Positions 1-12,390 of a stretch of DNA of 64,000 nt are shown piece after piece (the stretch's first letter is position 1; every line of letters begins with the position of its first letter). Location: NCBI RefSeq assembly GCF_026571515.1, contig NW_026857798.1, positions 1 to 64,000 on the forward strand, in the 5' to 3' direction. The notes under the pieces were generated by a model. That model made no database searches. It saw nothing but the letters and a program-made list of their open reading frames with translations, and was not told the origin of the DNA. The translations under genes were made by a program, and so were the position numbers. The DNA is from Ruditapes philippinarum (taxonomy: Eukaryota).

Positions 1-1310
1 TCGTGGGATTTCGAAGGAACTTCACAGGAGTGTTATAACCATCCCTAGTTGTGCATATCGCTGGTACATTCCGCTTCGCTGCACGAAATGGCCGCCGGAA
101 CTTTCAATAGAAAAATCATGTCCAATTTTCATAGGTCAAACTGCTGGCGGGATTTCGACCAAACTTCACAGGAGTGATCGTACCATACCTAGCTAGTTGT
201 GGGAGACATTTGTTGTGGTGACAAAAGCCCTTTTAGTTCGAAGTTTAAGTAAACATGATTTGACAAAATACATTTATATCTCAGTCACACACAAAGACAG
301 ATGTTTAATCATACAATATTATATTTGTCTCCACTATAACTATGCAGTCACTAATACTTTTAAACTATACAGTATTTTTATGTTTCTACTGTTTTTTTAA
401 ACAAGAAGCATTGGTTACTGACTTTTATTAATGTAATCTGAATAAATATAAGTGTGACAAATTCTAAAAGTACAAAATCTTGGAAACAGGACAAGTATGT
501 ATCATAAAATGTAAACAGTGAGTTTAAAGAAGTAACAAAAGTTGTTGTTTTTTAGCTTGTCTGTTTTGAAAAGACAACAAAGGAAAAAAAACGAACTATT
601 GCGATAGCTGCATAATGTTGTCAACCTGTCATCAAGGTTCAATTGATAGACTTGGCATCAATTAGAAAGGCATTATTCTTAAAACAACATATTTGGAAAT
701 ATGCCCTTGTCAAAATTGCTAATTTAAAAATATGTAAAATATCAACATGCAAATTCAATACTTGATTGACATGACAATACACAGTTGCATGAATAGGGTC
801 ATTCTGAAAGCAAAATATTTAGGAGGAATATCCTTTTTATCATAGAATATTAATACAAATTGATCATTGATAATCATTGCCCTTATCAGACATGGGGCAT
901 TATCCATGAAAGCAAAATATTTAAGATTTATATAACTTTTTAACATCAACTATTTATAAACAACGGTCGTTGATAATCATTGCCCTTATCAGATATGGGG
1001 CATTAGCCATGAAAGCAATATTTTTAGGATTTATGTCCCTTCTTAACATAGAATATTTATAAACATTAGTCATTGGTAATCATTGTCAATTCTCAGTGTT
1101 ACCCTAGTAGTTTCCTTGTTACACACAAAAACATTTATAAGAATACAAGAAAAGGATGCATTTATTCTCATAACAAAAGGATTTACCTAACAAAAGTTCT
1201 GACATGAAAATATCTTGCTAAATTTTTCATCATACTTTCACTTTAAGAAGAATAAATGATGAATTTAATAAATGCTGACATTGTTTAATTAAATAAGTCT
1301 CTGTTCAAGT

Positions 1311-2165
1311 CTATTGCAGGTTAAATATCTGAAGAAAGTTAATGCACCGTCCATTTGCAGCATCACAACTGGCATAGAGCTTCTTTGTAATTCCACACCA
1401 ACATACTGCCGATGATTTAGTCAGTTTGTGTATCAAAACCTGTCCTTCAGAGCAGTCTCCTGATTTCTCTTCTATTACATTTCTCCCATGGTCACTCACA
1501 AAGACAGTACCATCATCTGACAGTGACATTCCCATAGGGTGACTCATATCACCATAACTATCCATCACATCACCCTGCCAGTTTAATCTTGATATTGTCT
1601 TCATGTCCCAGTCAGATACATAGATTGAACTTTTGTTACATGTAATATACCAGGGTAATTGAAAAATATTTTTTCCATCAATTGTTTTCAAGATAGTGCC
1701 GTTCATATCAAGAATTTGAAATTTTGCAGGATAACAAAATGACACAATAAGTTTACCTTGGAAGCAGCTAATACCATTACACTCTCCATCGACCTTCAGT
1801 GTGTGCTTCTTGATAAGTTTGTTTGATGAGATTGATATAAACTGCATTGCTTGTTTGTAAGGAAGTGTGACAGCAACTTCAGTATTGGTTACTTGTGTGA
1901 TATCCCATGGTATACCATCTAGTTGTAGTTGATCAGACACAGATTGACTGTTGGTATCCACCATCTTTACAGCATTGTTATTGAAGTCAGTGATGATTAG
2001 AAGTTCAGGAGTCAGCAGAGTCATTCCTGTGATCTTGCATGATGTGTTATCTTGTGATGTATTTACACAGATAACTCCCTCATGTGAAATTTCTCTAGAC
2101 CTTAATTGTACAGATTGACATTCTGTTTTTAAAGATTTTTGTGTCATGTTTTCTGGGACTGCCAT
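1311..2165 (-). CDS. TRIM-like paralog A: NHL/beta-propeller only (B-boxes and coiled coil deleted in frame)
   Basis: 284-aa open ORF. MAVP start is joined directly to TQKSLKTEC...HEGVICV; the rest aligns by eye with the C-terminal half of the 583/584-aa paralogs (ITGMTLLTP, PWDIT, SSIYVSD, GMSLSDDGTVFV). Confidence 0.8.
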   Translation of the reverse strand: MAVPENMTQKSLKTECQSVQLRSREISHEGVICVNTSQDNTSCKITGMTLLTPELLIITDFNNNAVKMVDTNSQSVSDQLQLDGIPWDITQVTNTEVAVTLPYKQAMQFISISSNKLIKKHTLKVDGECNGISCFQGKLIVSFCYPAKFQILDMNGTILKTIDGKNIFQLPWYITCNKSSIYVSDWDMKTISRLNWQGDVMDSYGDMSHPMGMSLSDDGTVFVSDHGRNVIEEKSGDCSEGQVLIHKLTKSSAVCWCGITKKLYASCDAANGRCINFLQIFNLQ

Positions 2166-2315
2166 GTTTTACCTAAAATGTATAATATTTTTCAAATGTT
2201 CTTTAGTGAATACATAAAACTCGATATTAACAGATGACTTATTTCTATGATTTTTTTGTAGTTCATGAAAATATTCAAGCAATTATGATTTGTTCATTTC
2301 ATACTTCTGACTTCT

Positions 2316-2900
2316 TGCCCCCAGACTTTGCGAAGAAGAAAATGGTGGGGAGATAGAGATAGTCTTGTTCCGTCCGTCCGTAACACTTTCGTGTCGGGTA
2401 CATAACTAAGTCATTTATTAAAAAAAATGAAATAACTTGGCACAGATGTTTCTTATAATAAGACGATGTGTCATCCACATCGTGTCCGGTCCACAACTTA
2501 TTTATCCACGAAGGGATTTCCAAAATACATGACACAAATGTACACAATAAAAAGACAATATGTAATGCGCACCAACCATTCGCTTTCCTTCAAGGTCAAG
2601 GTCACACTTGGAGGTCAAAGTTTAACGTTGTTACAAGATATATTTTATGTCGAGTCCAAATTACTTGGCACAAATGTTTACAATAATAAGACGATGTGTC
2701 GTGCAAAACACGCAAACCCCTACCTGTATGTAATAGAGTATATTTTATTTCTGGTTCATACCTTTTTCATCCATGAAGGGATTTTGACAATATGTTTACA
2801 ATAATAAGACGACATGTCATGCGCAACACCCAGACACTTCCTCAAAGGTCAAAGGCACACTTGGATGTCAAAGCTTAAAATAGGCTGTTACAGGGTATGA
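2316..2900. repeat. Degenerate tandem-repeat element upstream of paralog A
   Basis: (GTCC)n near 2370; recurring acaataataagacgatgtgtc and aaggtcaaggtcacacttgga. Confidence 0.55.
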
Positions 2901-4254
2901 TGCAAAATCTGGCCAAAGCAAAAAATGTCATTGGTGAATCGCCGGCATACATTGGTCAGTGAAAAAGTTACGGACTTGACACAAAGTATACCCTGTAACA
3001 TTGATTTTTTATTTGTCACATTTGTGGCTTTGAAATAGTGATAACAACTATACAAATGTATATTTGTTGACACATACACAGAAGCTAATGACTTTACTGT
3101 GACTTTCATATGCAGATCTAAATGTTGCACTAAAAGGGGGAGGTTGGTAACACTGTTACAAATTCTTGTTTTAATTGTGATGACAGTTGTTTGTATGATA
3201 TGCAATTTTATAATGCATTTATTCCGCCACTTCTTGGTATAGATTTGTCTTTGTTTGTCCATCTATCATGCTAGTTGTCCTGCTGGTTTGCTGTCTAAAT
3301 CAGTGGAAAGTAGGGGCATCGGCATCGTATGTTTATATTCATTAAATAAAGTTACTGTTTTGTTAAATATTTCGAGATTGTTTAAATATTTGTATTACTG
3401 ACACAGTACATGCTTGTTATTGAAATATATTGTGCAATCCAATGAGATGTTCTATTCATAATTAGTCCTCTACTGGTTAAACCGGAGTAGACTTTGCCTT
3501 TTGTCCTTTTGTCAGTCCTAACTGTCTTTCTGCCAAAACTTGATCCTCTGAAAACCCTTAAAGAACATGTATGTTAATGAAACTTTGCATTTGGATAGAT
3601 GGCAGTATAGAGATTGTGCATGCATGTCTTTTTGTCTTCATATATTGCAAAAACTTGTTGCTAGACAACATACAGACTGATAATTTGGGAAATATAACAA
3701 GTCAAAACGTGGATTGATGGCTTTATGGATATTATGTAGTCATTTCTTTTTCTTTCTATTTATATTTTCTGTTTGCTATGACAAAAGTTGACATAAAATG
3801 AGATGTAATGATATGGCGATTAACTGATACATTGAGATGCAGTGTCAGGCAATACGTATCGCAATATTTTTTTTTTAACATTTGTCACCATTTAATCAAA
3901 ATATATTTTTACGCATTTTGACTTTTTCAAGCCTGTTAATATGTCAAAAACTTTATGAACTGCGGCTGCATTTCTTAATCTAGAAAAACAATACTACGGA
4001 AACCAATTGAGGCCGTTTTGAGTTAAATGTTAGAACTTAGATCTTAGAACTTAGCTCTTAGAACCTAGAGGTTCCGGAAAGGCGGGTACACGCCATATTA
4101 ACTTCAAGCTCTTCAATGTTTAATTAGCTTTTGTATGTGTTCTACTGTTTTTAGGACTGTTGAATGTCCGTCGTCTGTTACCCGTCCTCATTTAGTTGTC
4201 ACATTTTTGCCGTAATTGTCACCAAACTCATGTTGTTTGTACCAAACATTGCTC

Positions 4255-4940
4255 TGAAGACCATAGCAGATGAAAAACTAGGTCACAAGAGAAAAGATAG
4301 TAAATTCTTAACACTCTTAAGGTCAAAATAACCTAGAAATCAGACAGAAAGTAAAGTGTTTTGATGATTTCTTATTCAAGTCACATGGGGTCAAAAACCA
4401 GGTAATACATTCAAAATATGGAAAAACCTTGTTAGCAACTCTAGCGGTAACATTTTCAGCCTAACTGTCCTAGAGAAATTGGTCAGAAAGGTTGTTGGAT
4501 TTCTGGTTTAAGTTTGAATTAAGGTCATTTGGGTTCAATACTAGGTCACAAAGCACAAATACGAAAAACGTTTTATCTCTCTGGAGGTTGTTTCGGTCCA
4601 AATATACTGGGAGATCAGAAAGGTTGTTTGAATGATTTTAACTCTATTTCGAAGAAAGGTCATCTGGTGTCAAAAACTAGGTCAAACAGTCTAGATATGG
4701 ACAAATCTTGTCACTCTAGAGGATACATTTTAAGCCCAAATATATTGACATTTATTTGAAAGCTTGTGAAGAAGATTTCCAAGTCAGGTTTGTATATAGG
4801 TTAGAAAATAGGCCACACAGCCCAAATATAATATAACCTTATTAATACTCTAGAGGTAATATTAAGTATCTTACCATCCTAGAAATTGGCCAGAAAGGGT
4901 TCTTTTATGATTTCTGGCTGAAGTTTGAATATGGGTTACA
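4255..4940. repeat. Degenerate tandem array (aaaactaggtcac family, ~135-bp period)
   Basis: Recurring aaaactaggtca...cactctagagg...agaaaggttgttt; same family as 25095-26060. Confidence 0.6.
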
Positions 4941-6367
4941 GTTGCATAGCCCAAATTTTGGGAAAATCAGATCACAATATTTTCAGCAATTTTCTATCAC
5001 AAAATTTTCAGCAATTTTCTATCACAATATTTTCAGCAGTTTTCTTTATTTCCCAAAATTGCTAATGGACAGTTTCACAAATTGAAGATGGACCAGAGTT
5101 TATTTTAGATGTTTAGTCAGTTTTGGGCCACTAAAAATCTACTGCAAACAGTATTTTATTAATATTATTAAACTTATAACTGTACACATGATTCTTCAAA
5201 GAAAATTTTGCATTATTTTAATATTTAGAAATGAACAATAGACAATACTTTTTAGGTATCTGGAGCACGCGAAAACATAATTATGTAAAGAGGAATAATT
5301 TACACAATATTATAGCATTTGCTCAATTTTTGCAAATATGGATATGTTTAAAAGGCATGTGAAATGATATAGTCCAGAAGCCTCTCTATATCAAAATTTA
5401 TCAGAGGCTCGCATAATATAATTTTATTCAACTCGTGCAATAAATTCAGTATAGAACTTACACTCATTCAATATCCTCTATGTATTTAGCATCCTTTTTT
5501 AAAGCATGATATAGTCATGATGTTGTTGTCTTTGCAATACAGAGTTTTTTTTTGTAGACAGTAAGATATTTTATAAAATTATTGTACCTTGAAATATTAA
5601 TCCTCAAATTGTTTTACAAGCTTCAGATTGTCCTGTTGACTTTGATACTGATATTTACACTGATAATATATTGCAAAGTTTAAAGTTTAATCTGAAAGAT
5701 ATCAGTAAATTATTTTAAGTACATGTTTACAATTTGTTTAATGTTTGAGGATTTAGCAAACATGCTGTGTTTTAAACTACAGTGGCACAGAGATGACATA
5801 TATTCGTTTTCATTTATCTTGTGCGTATGAGATACAATGCGGTGCGCACGAGTTACTTAGTTGTGCTCACGAGTTACTAAAAGTCAAATGTACCAGTTAC
5901 TAAGTCTAGCGCAGTTGTTTCCACTCTTTATCTTTTGAACCGATAGAAAGAAATTAAAATTATTTTGCAGAAGTGTTACTTATAATGTGTTTCGGCCCGG
6001 GCTTCCTGAGATCAAAATTGGTCCCGTCCAGAGCATTACTTGATTTATATGGACTTGTATTGGAAAACAAATTTATGTTCCATTTTGTGAAACTACAATG
6101 TCAAGATATTTAGCATGTAACATTGCCCTATTGACTTTAATAAACTGGCTCATGATTCAATATTGGCCCACCCTTAGAGTCACTTTATTTATAAAGAGGA
6201 AAAACACACCTTGGACCTGTGTTAAACTTTGATTGCTACAGCTAAGATAATTGGCATGTAACATCACTTTGTGGATCACAAAATTACTCGCATTAATCAC
6301 GCCCCTTGAATCAATATTGGACCCATCCTGGGAGTCATTTAGATATATTTTGTGTAGGAAAACACAT

Positions 6368-7216
6368 TTTTGGCCGGGTTGCACTGGTGCAAACCCGGGT
6401 TATAGTAAGGTGAATGTTGGGCGGCGGGCGGCCGGGCGGGCGGGGAAAAATTTTCGTAACAGTTTTCTCAGCAACTACTTATTACAGCCATTTGATACTT
6501 GGTATACAATATCAACACATGGTCCCATACTGTGGGATTCGATTTCAGGTCTGTCGCTCATCTACTTCCTGTTTGCTGACTTAGTAAAATTTTCTACAGT
6601 AATAGTCAATAGTAGGAAATTTTCGTAACAGTTTTCTCAGCAACTGCTAATTATAGCCTTTTGATATTTGGTGTACAGCATCAACACATGGTCCCATACT
6701 GTGGGATTCAATTTCAGGTCTGTCGCTCATCTACTTCCTGTTTGCTGACTTAGTTAAATTTTCAACATTAATGGTCAATAGTAAGAAATTTTCGTAACAG
6801 TTTTCTCAGCAACTACTTATCACAGCCTTTTGATATTTGGTATACAGCATCAGCACATGGTATCATATCGTGGGATTTGATTTCAGGTCTGTCGCTCATC
6901 CACTTCCTGTTTGCCGATTTAGTTAAATTTTGACATAATTAATGATCAATAGATAGTAGGAAATTTTCTTAACAGTTTTCTCAACAACTTCTTACCACAG
7001 CCTCTTGATATGTGGTTCAAAGCATTGACATGACTGTGGTCCCATATTGTGGGATTCCATTTCAGGTCTGATGCTCATTATTTTCAGGTTTACCAATTAA
7101 CTAAGTTAAATTTTCAACATCAATGGTCAAACAGTGGTAGAAAATTTAAGTAACATCACAGCCTTATGATATTTTGTACACATATGCAACCCGGCCTTTT
7201 CTGTCTTTGACCCATT
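6368..7216. mobile_element. HINE-like element family B, about four and a half ~170-bp units
   Basis: IR ggccgggttgca/tgcaacccggcc; palindrome gggttgcactggtgcaaaccc; (GGCG)n; units ttttcgtaacagttttctcagcaactac at ~6451, 6620, 6789, 6964. Confidence 0.85.
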
Positions 7217-9443
7217 TTTTTATTTTGTTGGGACTACAATGCCTAGAGTTTAGATATTCGAAATGTTGCATTGCCTTTTTTGGCCTCTACAAGACAGGTA
7301 GTAATTATGTCCCTGAATTGGATTAATGTTGATATAATCTTATATGATAAAACACATTTCAGTCCTATTTTGTGAAACTACAATCCCAAGAACTAAGATA
7401 CCTAGCAAAATGTTGCCTTTAACTAAAAAAAAGGTATTCACTTCAAACTTGATATTTATGATGTACCAAGGGCTGAGGTTAGTCTTTTCAGTATATTTGC
7501 AGAATTATTACCCTTTTGATGTTGATTTTACAGAACCGTATGGCACTGAGAAAAGTGGATCGCTCTGTCCACGGACAGATCTTAAAATTACCAAGTCATG
7601 AAGTTTTTGAATTTCATGAATTTGTACGATCAAAATATACGTATATTTAAGTTCTTTTTTAAAATAGGTGTAATACAATAATTATGCTGTTGCCTTTATA
7701 AGAGTGTAATTTTTCTAGACATTTAAGAAATTAAATAAAAATAGTGTACCTTGAAAAATAAGTCCTTAGTTTTTCTCGCAGGTTTCAAATGCAAATACTT
7801 TGTTGTTGATGCTGGATTTGTGGACTTTGATATTGGTATTAACATCCCTGATTACGACAACTATTACATTGTACAGTTTAAAGTTTAAACATTAACGATT
7901 ATCAATTATTTATATAGGTAATAAAATGCCTATTGTGCGAGAGTCTATGAAATGTAGGTGTTGTGTTTTTGAATTAGTATTTTAACTATTTAGATTATAA
8001 ATAAATTCTTTAATGTTTTTTTTTTTGTTGTTGTTGTTTAAACTTGATTTCACTAAGTAGGAGGATCATAATATAAATTGTATTGAGAAAATGATATAAA
8101 AGCGGTTTCAAATCATTCAATTACAGCATTGACAACAGAATGATTTAGACCTCCCGACTTGTATTTTCAACATTGTTTTCAGCTTTACATTGTTACGGTT
8201 TTTGGTGGAATAATTGTAAGACTTACATTAAAAAATTGAATGTTAATCAATATTTTATCAATTACAATCACTTTTGGGTACACACATGGAGGTAGGAAAG
8301 TGGCTTATCAGTAATACTGGTCAGTCTTTCAAGTCATCACTGAAGCATGTAAAAATCTAAGACATGGTCTAGAGATGAAAACGCATAAATGATCAAATAG
8401 TTCAGATTAATTGGTTGTGTATGTGTGATCTCAAAAGTGATTGAGATTGATAAAATACAGTACAACCTCTTGAAGACAAAGATGTAAGTTGTTGTTGAGA
8501 GATGCTGCCCGAGAAAAGGTATATTAAGTGTTCAGTCTTATTTTAGAAAAATTTAAATACTGTTATTGTAAAATGGTATTTGCTTTGAAGAGGAAAACTG
8601 TGAACAGGTTGCACTGTATTTAGAGATATACATTTAAGTCCTATAACGATCAACAGATTTCAGCAAAATATATACTGGGAGAGCATAAGTGTTGCACACA
8701 CATCCCTTGTTGTAAAATGTTTTTTGTTTGTTTTTTTTTGTCTGAAGAGGTATAGAGATACAGTCTAACCTGTGCAGGAATAATCCTATAGGGATACTAA
8801 ACAGTTGGCTTTTAAAATAAATGGTCTTCATTTTGATGTGACTTTGTTCTGCTTAAACTAAATATAGGTTCATACAGAGATGATCTTTAACACAATTTTG
8901 ACTGTATATTCTTAACTTGCACATTTCTCAAGAGATACCAGCTGGACCTTTTCAGAACTACAGTATAACTCAAACACTGATTGCCCACACTCTCGAACTA
9001 GATCTTATGGTACCTTCGGCAGAAATCCTGCATTTTTGGCTATTATACTAATGACTGAAAATATAAGTAAACATGATATAAAAAAAAAATGTATTTGGGG
9101 GATTCAAAATGCTCATCAAACATAATAATTATACCCCAAAACAAAAGGCCACTTTAACACTATCTCCATTAATGGCCTTTGTTGACAAGTTTGACTGCAT
9201 ATTGAAAATCACTCTTTTTTGTATAAGACAAAGTGGCAGTAAAATTTGTGGGCTGACATGTTCAAGAACCTCATATTGCTATATGAATAAAACCTGTTGG
9301 ACAAAAGTCAGACAGGTAAATCTTACATAATTGCGTATGGAGACACGTCTGAATATGTGTGCAGTGTATATTTCACTTTCATCATGGTCATGATGACAAT
9401 AATGACCTGATACTGATAACAGTTTAAAAGTATGTATCGGGTG

Positions 9444-9545
9444 CGTCTGTGACCCAATGGTTTGGGTTGTTAACTTCAAACCAATTGCCCCTGACGGCTT
9501 TTGGTTCGAATCCCAGTAGAGACTTTGAGGAAGCTATCCAGCGAG
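9444..9545 (+). mobile_element. tRNA-derived SINE head fragment
   Basis: Degenerate A box tgacccaatgg and B box ggttcgaatccc; a related fragment lies at ~12882-12945. Confidence 0.5.
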
Positions 9546-10685
9546 TTTCCAGCTAGTTGTCCGGACTACTCCTCTTATACCGCACATATAATTTCAATGA
9601 AACTTTACAGGATTGATCGATAGCTCAATTTCTTATGCATTTTACACGAGTTTTCGAGTTACAGGAGTTTTGGCTGAGCTTTGGTCCTTAAATTTGCCAT
9701 GTATATGATTTTTGTGTTGCCTGTTACACAGTAGCTGCAACATGCAATTGGCTGTCATAAGGCGACTCATGTGATCACTAATCGCTCTTGTTTATCATAT
9801 AGTATATTGTCTCCACTATACCTTCATAGTCACTGATACTTTAAACCCATATACATATAGTATTCTTAAATTATGATTCAACTTATTGATTTTTAACAAA
9901 CAACAAGCAGCTTTTTCTAACTTTTATTGATGTAATCTGTTTATAGTAATAGTACAAAATCTTGTGAACAGGGCAGGTATTATAATATAAAATGTAAACA
10001 GTGCATTTGATGATTACAGAGAAAGGTACTTTTAAAATAAGAGATGGATGTTTTTACTACAGTCAAATTAATAATGTAAACAACCGAAAGTTGTCATTTC
10101 AGCTTGCCTTTTTTTTGTGAAGAAAATTCAAGCTATTTAGATTGTTAAATTGTAGTCGTTGTTGCAATCAAGGCATAGTTGATAGATTGCACATTATTAG
10201 AAGGGCAATTAATTCCTTAAAGCTATATTTTTAGTTATTCCTCATTTTTACCTTTGTCAAAATAGCTTATTAAGTAGAATGATTTCAAAACTGTGAATAA
10301 TAACAACATGAAACTTAAAAACTTGATTGTAATTACAATGCACAGTTGTATAACAAGAGACATTATCGATGAGAACATTTATTTAGGAATTATGTCCATT
10401 GGTTATTGATGGCTGTTGCCTTGAACACGCGTTAAAATGCTGGAGGTGCTTATGATATTCCATGTATTACAAGCAAGACTCTTAGTAGTTTCCTAGTTTC
10501 TCACCAAACCTTATATAAGAATACAACAAAGGGATTGCTTAAATCATTCATCCTTAGCACAGAAGAAAACATGTGTCTTGCTATTTTTTCAAAAGAATGG
10601 GTGATGCAAGTTTTTTTTACTATTTAAGATATATTTTATATTGTTTACATCGTTTAATTTAATTTAACTAAGTCTATGTTCAGAT

Positions 10686-12390
10686 CTATGACAGGTTATA
10701 GATGAGAACGTAGATGCCATGTGTTTTACCCCAAGCATAACAGCTATAATACAGCTTCTTTGTTTTTCCACACCAACACACAGCCCTTGGTCTAATCAGA
10801 TCCTTCAGCACCACCTTTCCTGAAGAACAGTCTCATGATATATCTTCTATAACATTTCTCTCCTGACAACACACAAACACAGTACCATCATCTGACAGTG
10901 ACATTCCACTAGGCATTCTTATACAATTATAACTACCTACCATATCACCTTGCCAATTTAATCTTGTCACTGTCTTCATGCTACAGTCAGATACATAGAT
11001 AGAACTTCTGTTACATATGATAAAGCATGGATCTTTGAAAATATTTTTTCTATCAATAGTTGTTAGTACAGTGCCATTCACATCAAGGATTTGAAGTTTT
11101 GTAGGATTAAGAAATGACACAATAAGTTTACCTTGATAATAGCTTATACCATTACAGTTTCCATCAACCTTCACAGTGTGCTTCTTTATAAGTTTGTTTG
11201 AGAAGATTGATATAAACTGTATTGTTTGTAAGTAAGGTAGTATGACAGCAAGTTCAGTACTGGCTACTGTGGTGATATCCCATGGTCTTTCATCTAGTTG
11301 TAGTTGATCAGACTCAGATTAACTGCTGATATCAACCATTTTTACAGCATTGTTATAGCAGTCAATGATGTTCAGGAGTCAGCAGAGTCATTCCTGTTAT
11401 ACAGCATTCCCTTTTATCTTTTGATGTTTTCACACAGATATCTCCCTCATGTGAAGATTGTCTAGACTTTATTTGTACAGGTTGACAGTCTTTTATTTAA
11501 AGTGTGTCAATGTACCCAGTGACTTCTCTGTTTTAAACACATTTATTATTACATCATTTGATTGAAAGTTGTGCTCTTTGATATTGAATGATGACAGTAT
11601 TAATAGGTTTCCCTCCATATCATTGATTACTTTCTTTGCAAGTTTTAAATCAATGAAGAGTTTGTCAGCTTGTTTTGTTGTGTTGAGTTGTTTGATTTTG
11701 TCTGATGATTTTTTCAAATATTTGGTTATATCTTTACATATTTCTTCTACTGCTTTCAGATGTTTGTTGTTGTTTTTTTTGTTCTATGACTTTAGATGCA
11801 TTTTCAACCTGTCTCTCAAGTTCATCTAGTCTTTGGTTGATTTCTTGGCGGAACTTTTTAATGTCAACTAATGCCTCTTTGAGAAAATCGTTTAAAATCT
11901 GTTGGCATTTGTCAGAAGTGTTATTTCTTGCCTTGAAGATAACTTGATACTCTTTGCTGTCTATTATATCACCAGAAATGTCTGGTATATAGTTGACATT
12001 GCAGGAAGTAGCTTGATGTTCAAGGGTAACACAAACACTGCAGAGAAATTCTGTATGATCATTACAGTAGAACTTGATCATTTCTTTTGGATGTTTACGA
12101 CACGGCAAGGTCAAGTCATCTGACAGGCCTGTGTGAATGGATGTTGAGGGTTGCTGCAAAACTTTAGGCATACTTGTTGCATCGAGAAGCGTATGCTGTT
12201 TGGAAAGCCTATTTATCTGATGGGCTTTAAAGCATGTATGGCAAATGTGTTCTTTACAGTCAGTGCAGTAACCATGGGCAGGGAGTCTAGTTCCTTCCTC
12301 GTCACAGTAAACTTGAAGATCTTCATCCGATGCCATGGATGTTGTTGATGATGAAAATTGTTTTTATGCTTTCTTTCTTGAGACTGCCAT
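10686..12390 (-). pseudogene. TRIM-like paralog B, pseudogene (B-box/coiled coil/NHL)
   Basis: Starts MAVSRKKA then TAA at codon 9. Other lesions: 9-bp loss of QPC in B-box 1, a deletion in the coiled coil, frameshifts near 11770, 11500 and 11370, and TGA at 10833-10835. ORF-track pieces 11734-12336, 11493-11717 and 10833-11174 all match the intact paralogs; ancestral TAG at 10686-10688. Confidence 0.9.

Noticed and set aside
4971-5045. Three 25-bp tandem copies (atcacaatattttcagcaattttct)
   Set aside because: Simple local slippage duplication with no further structure.
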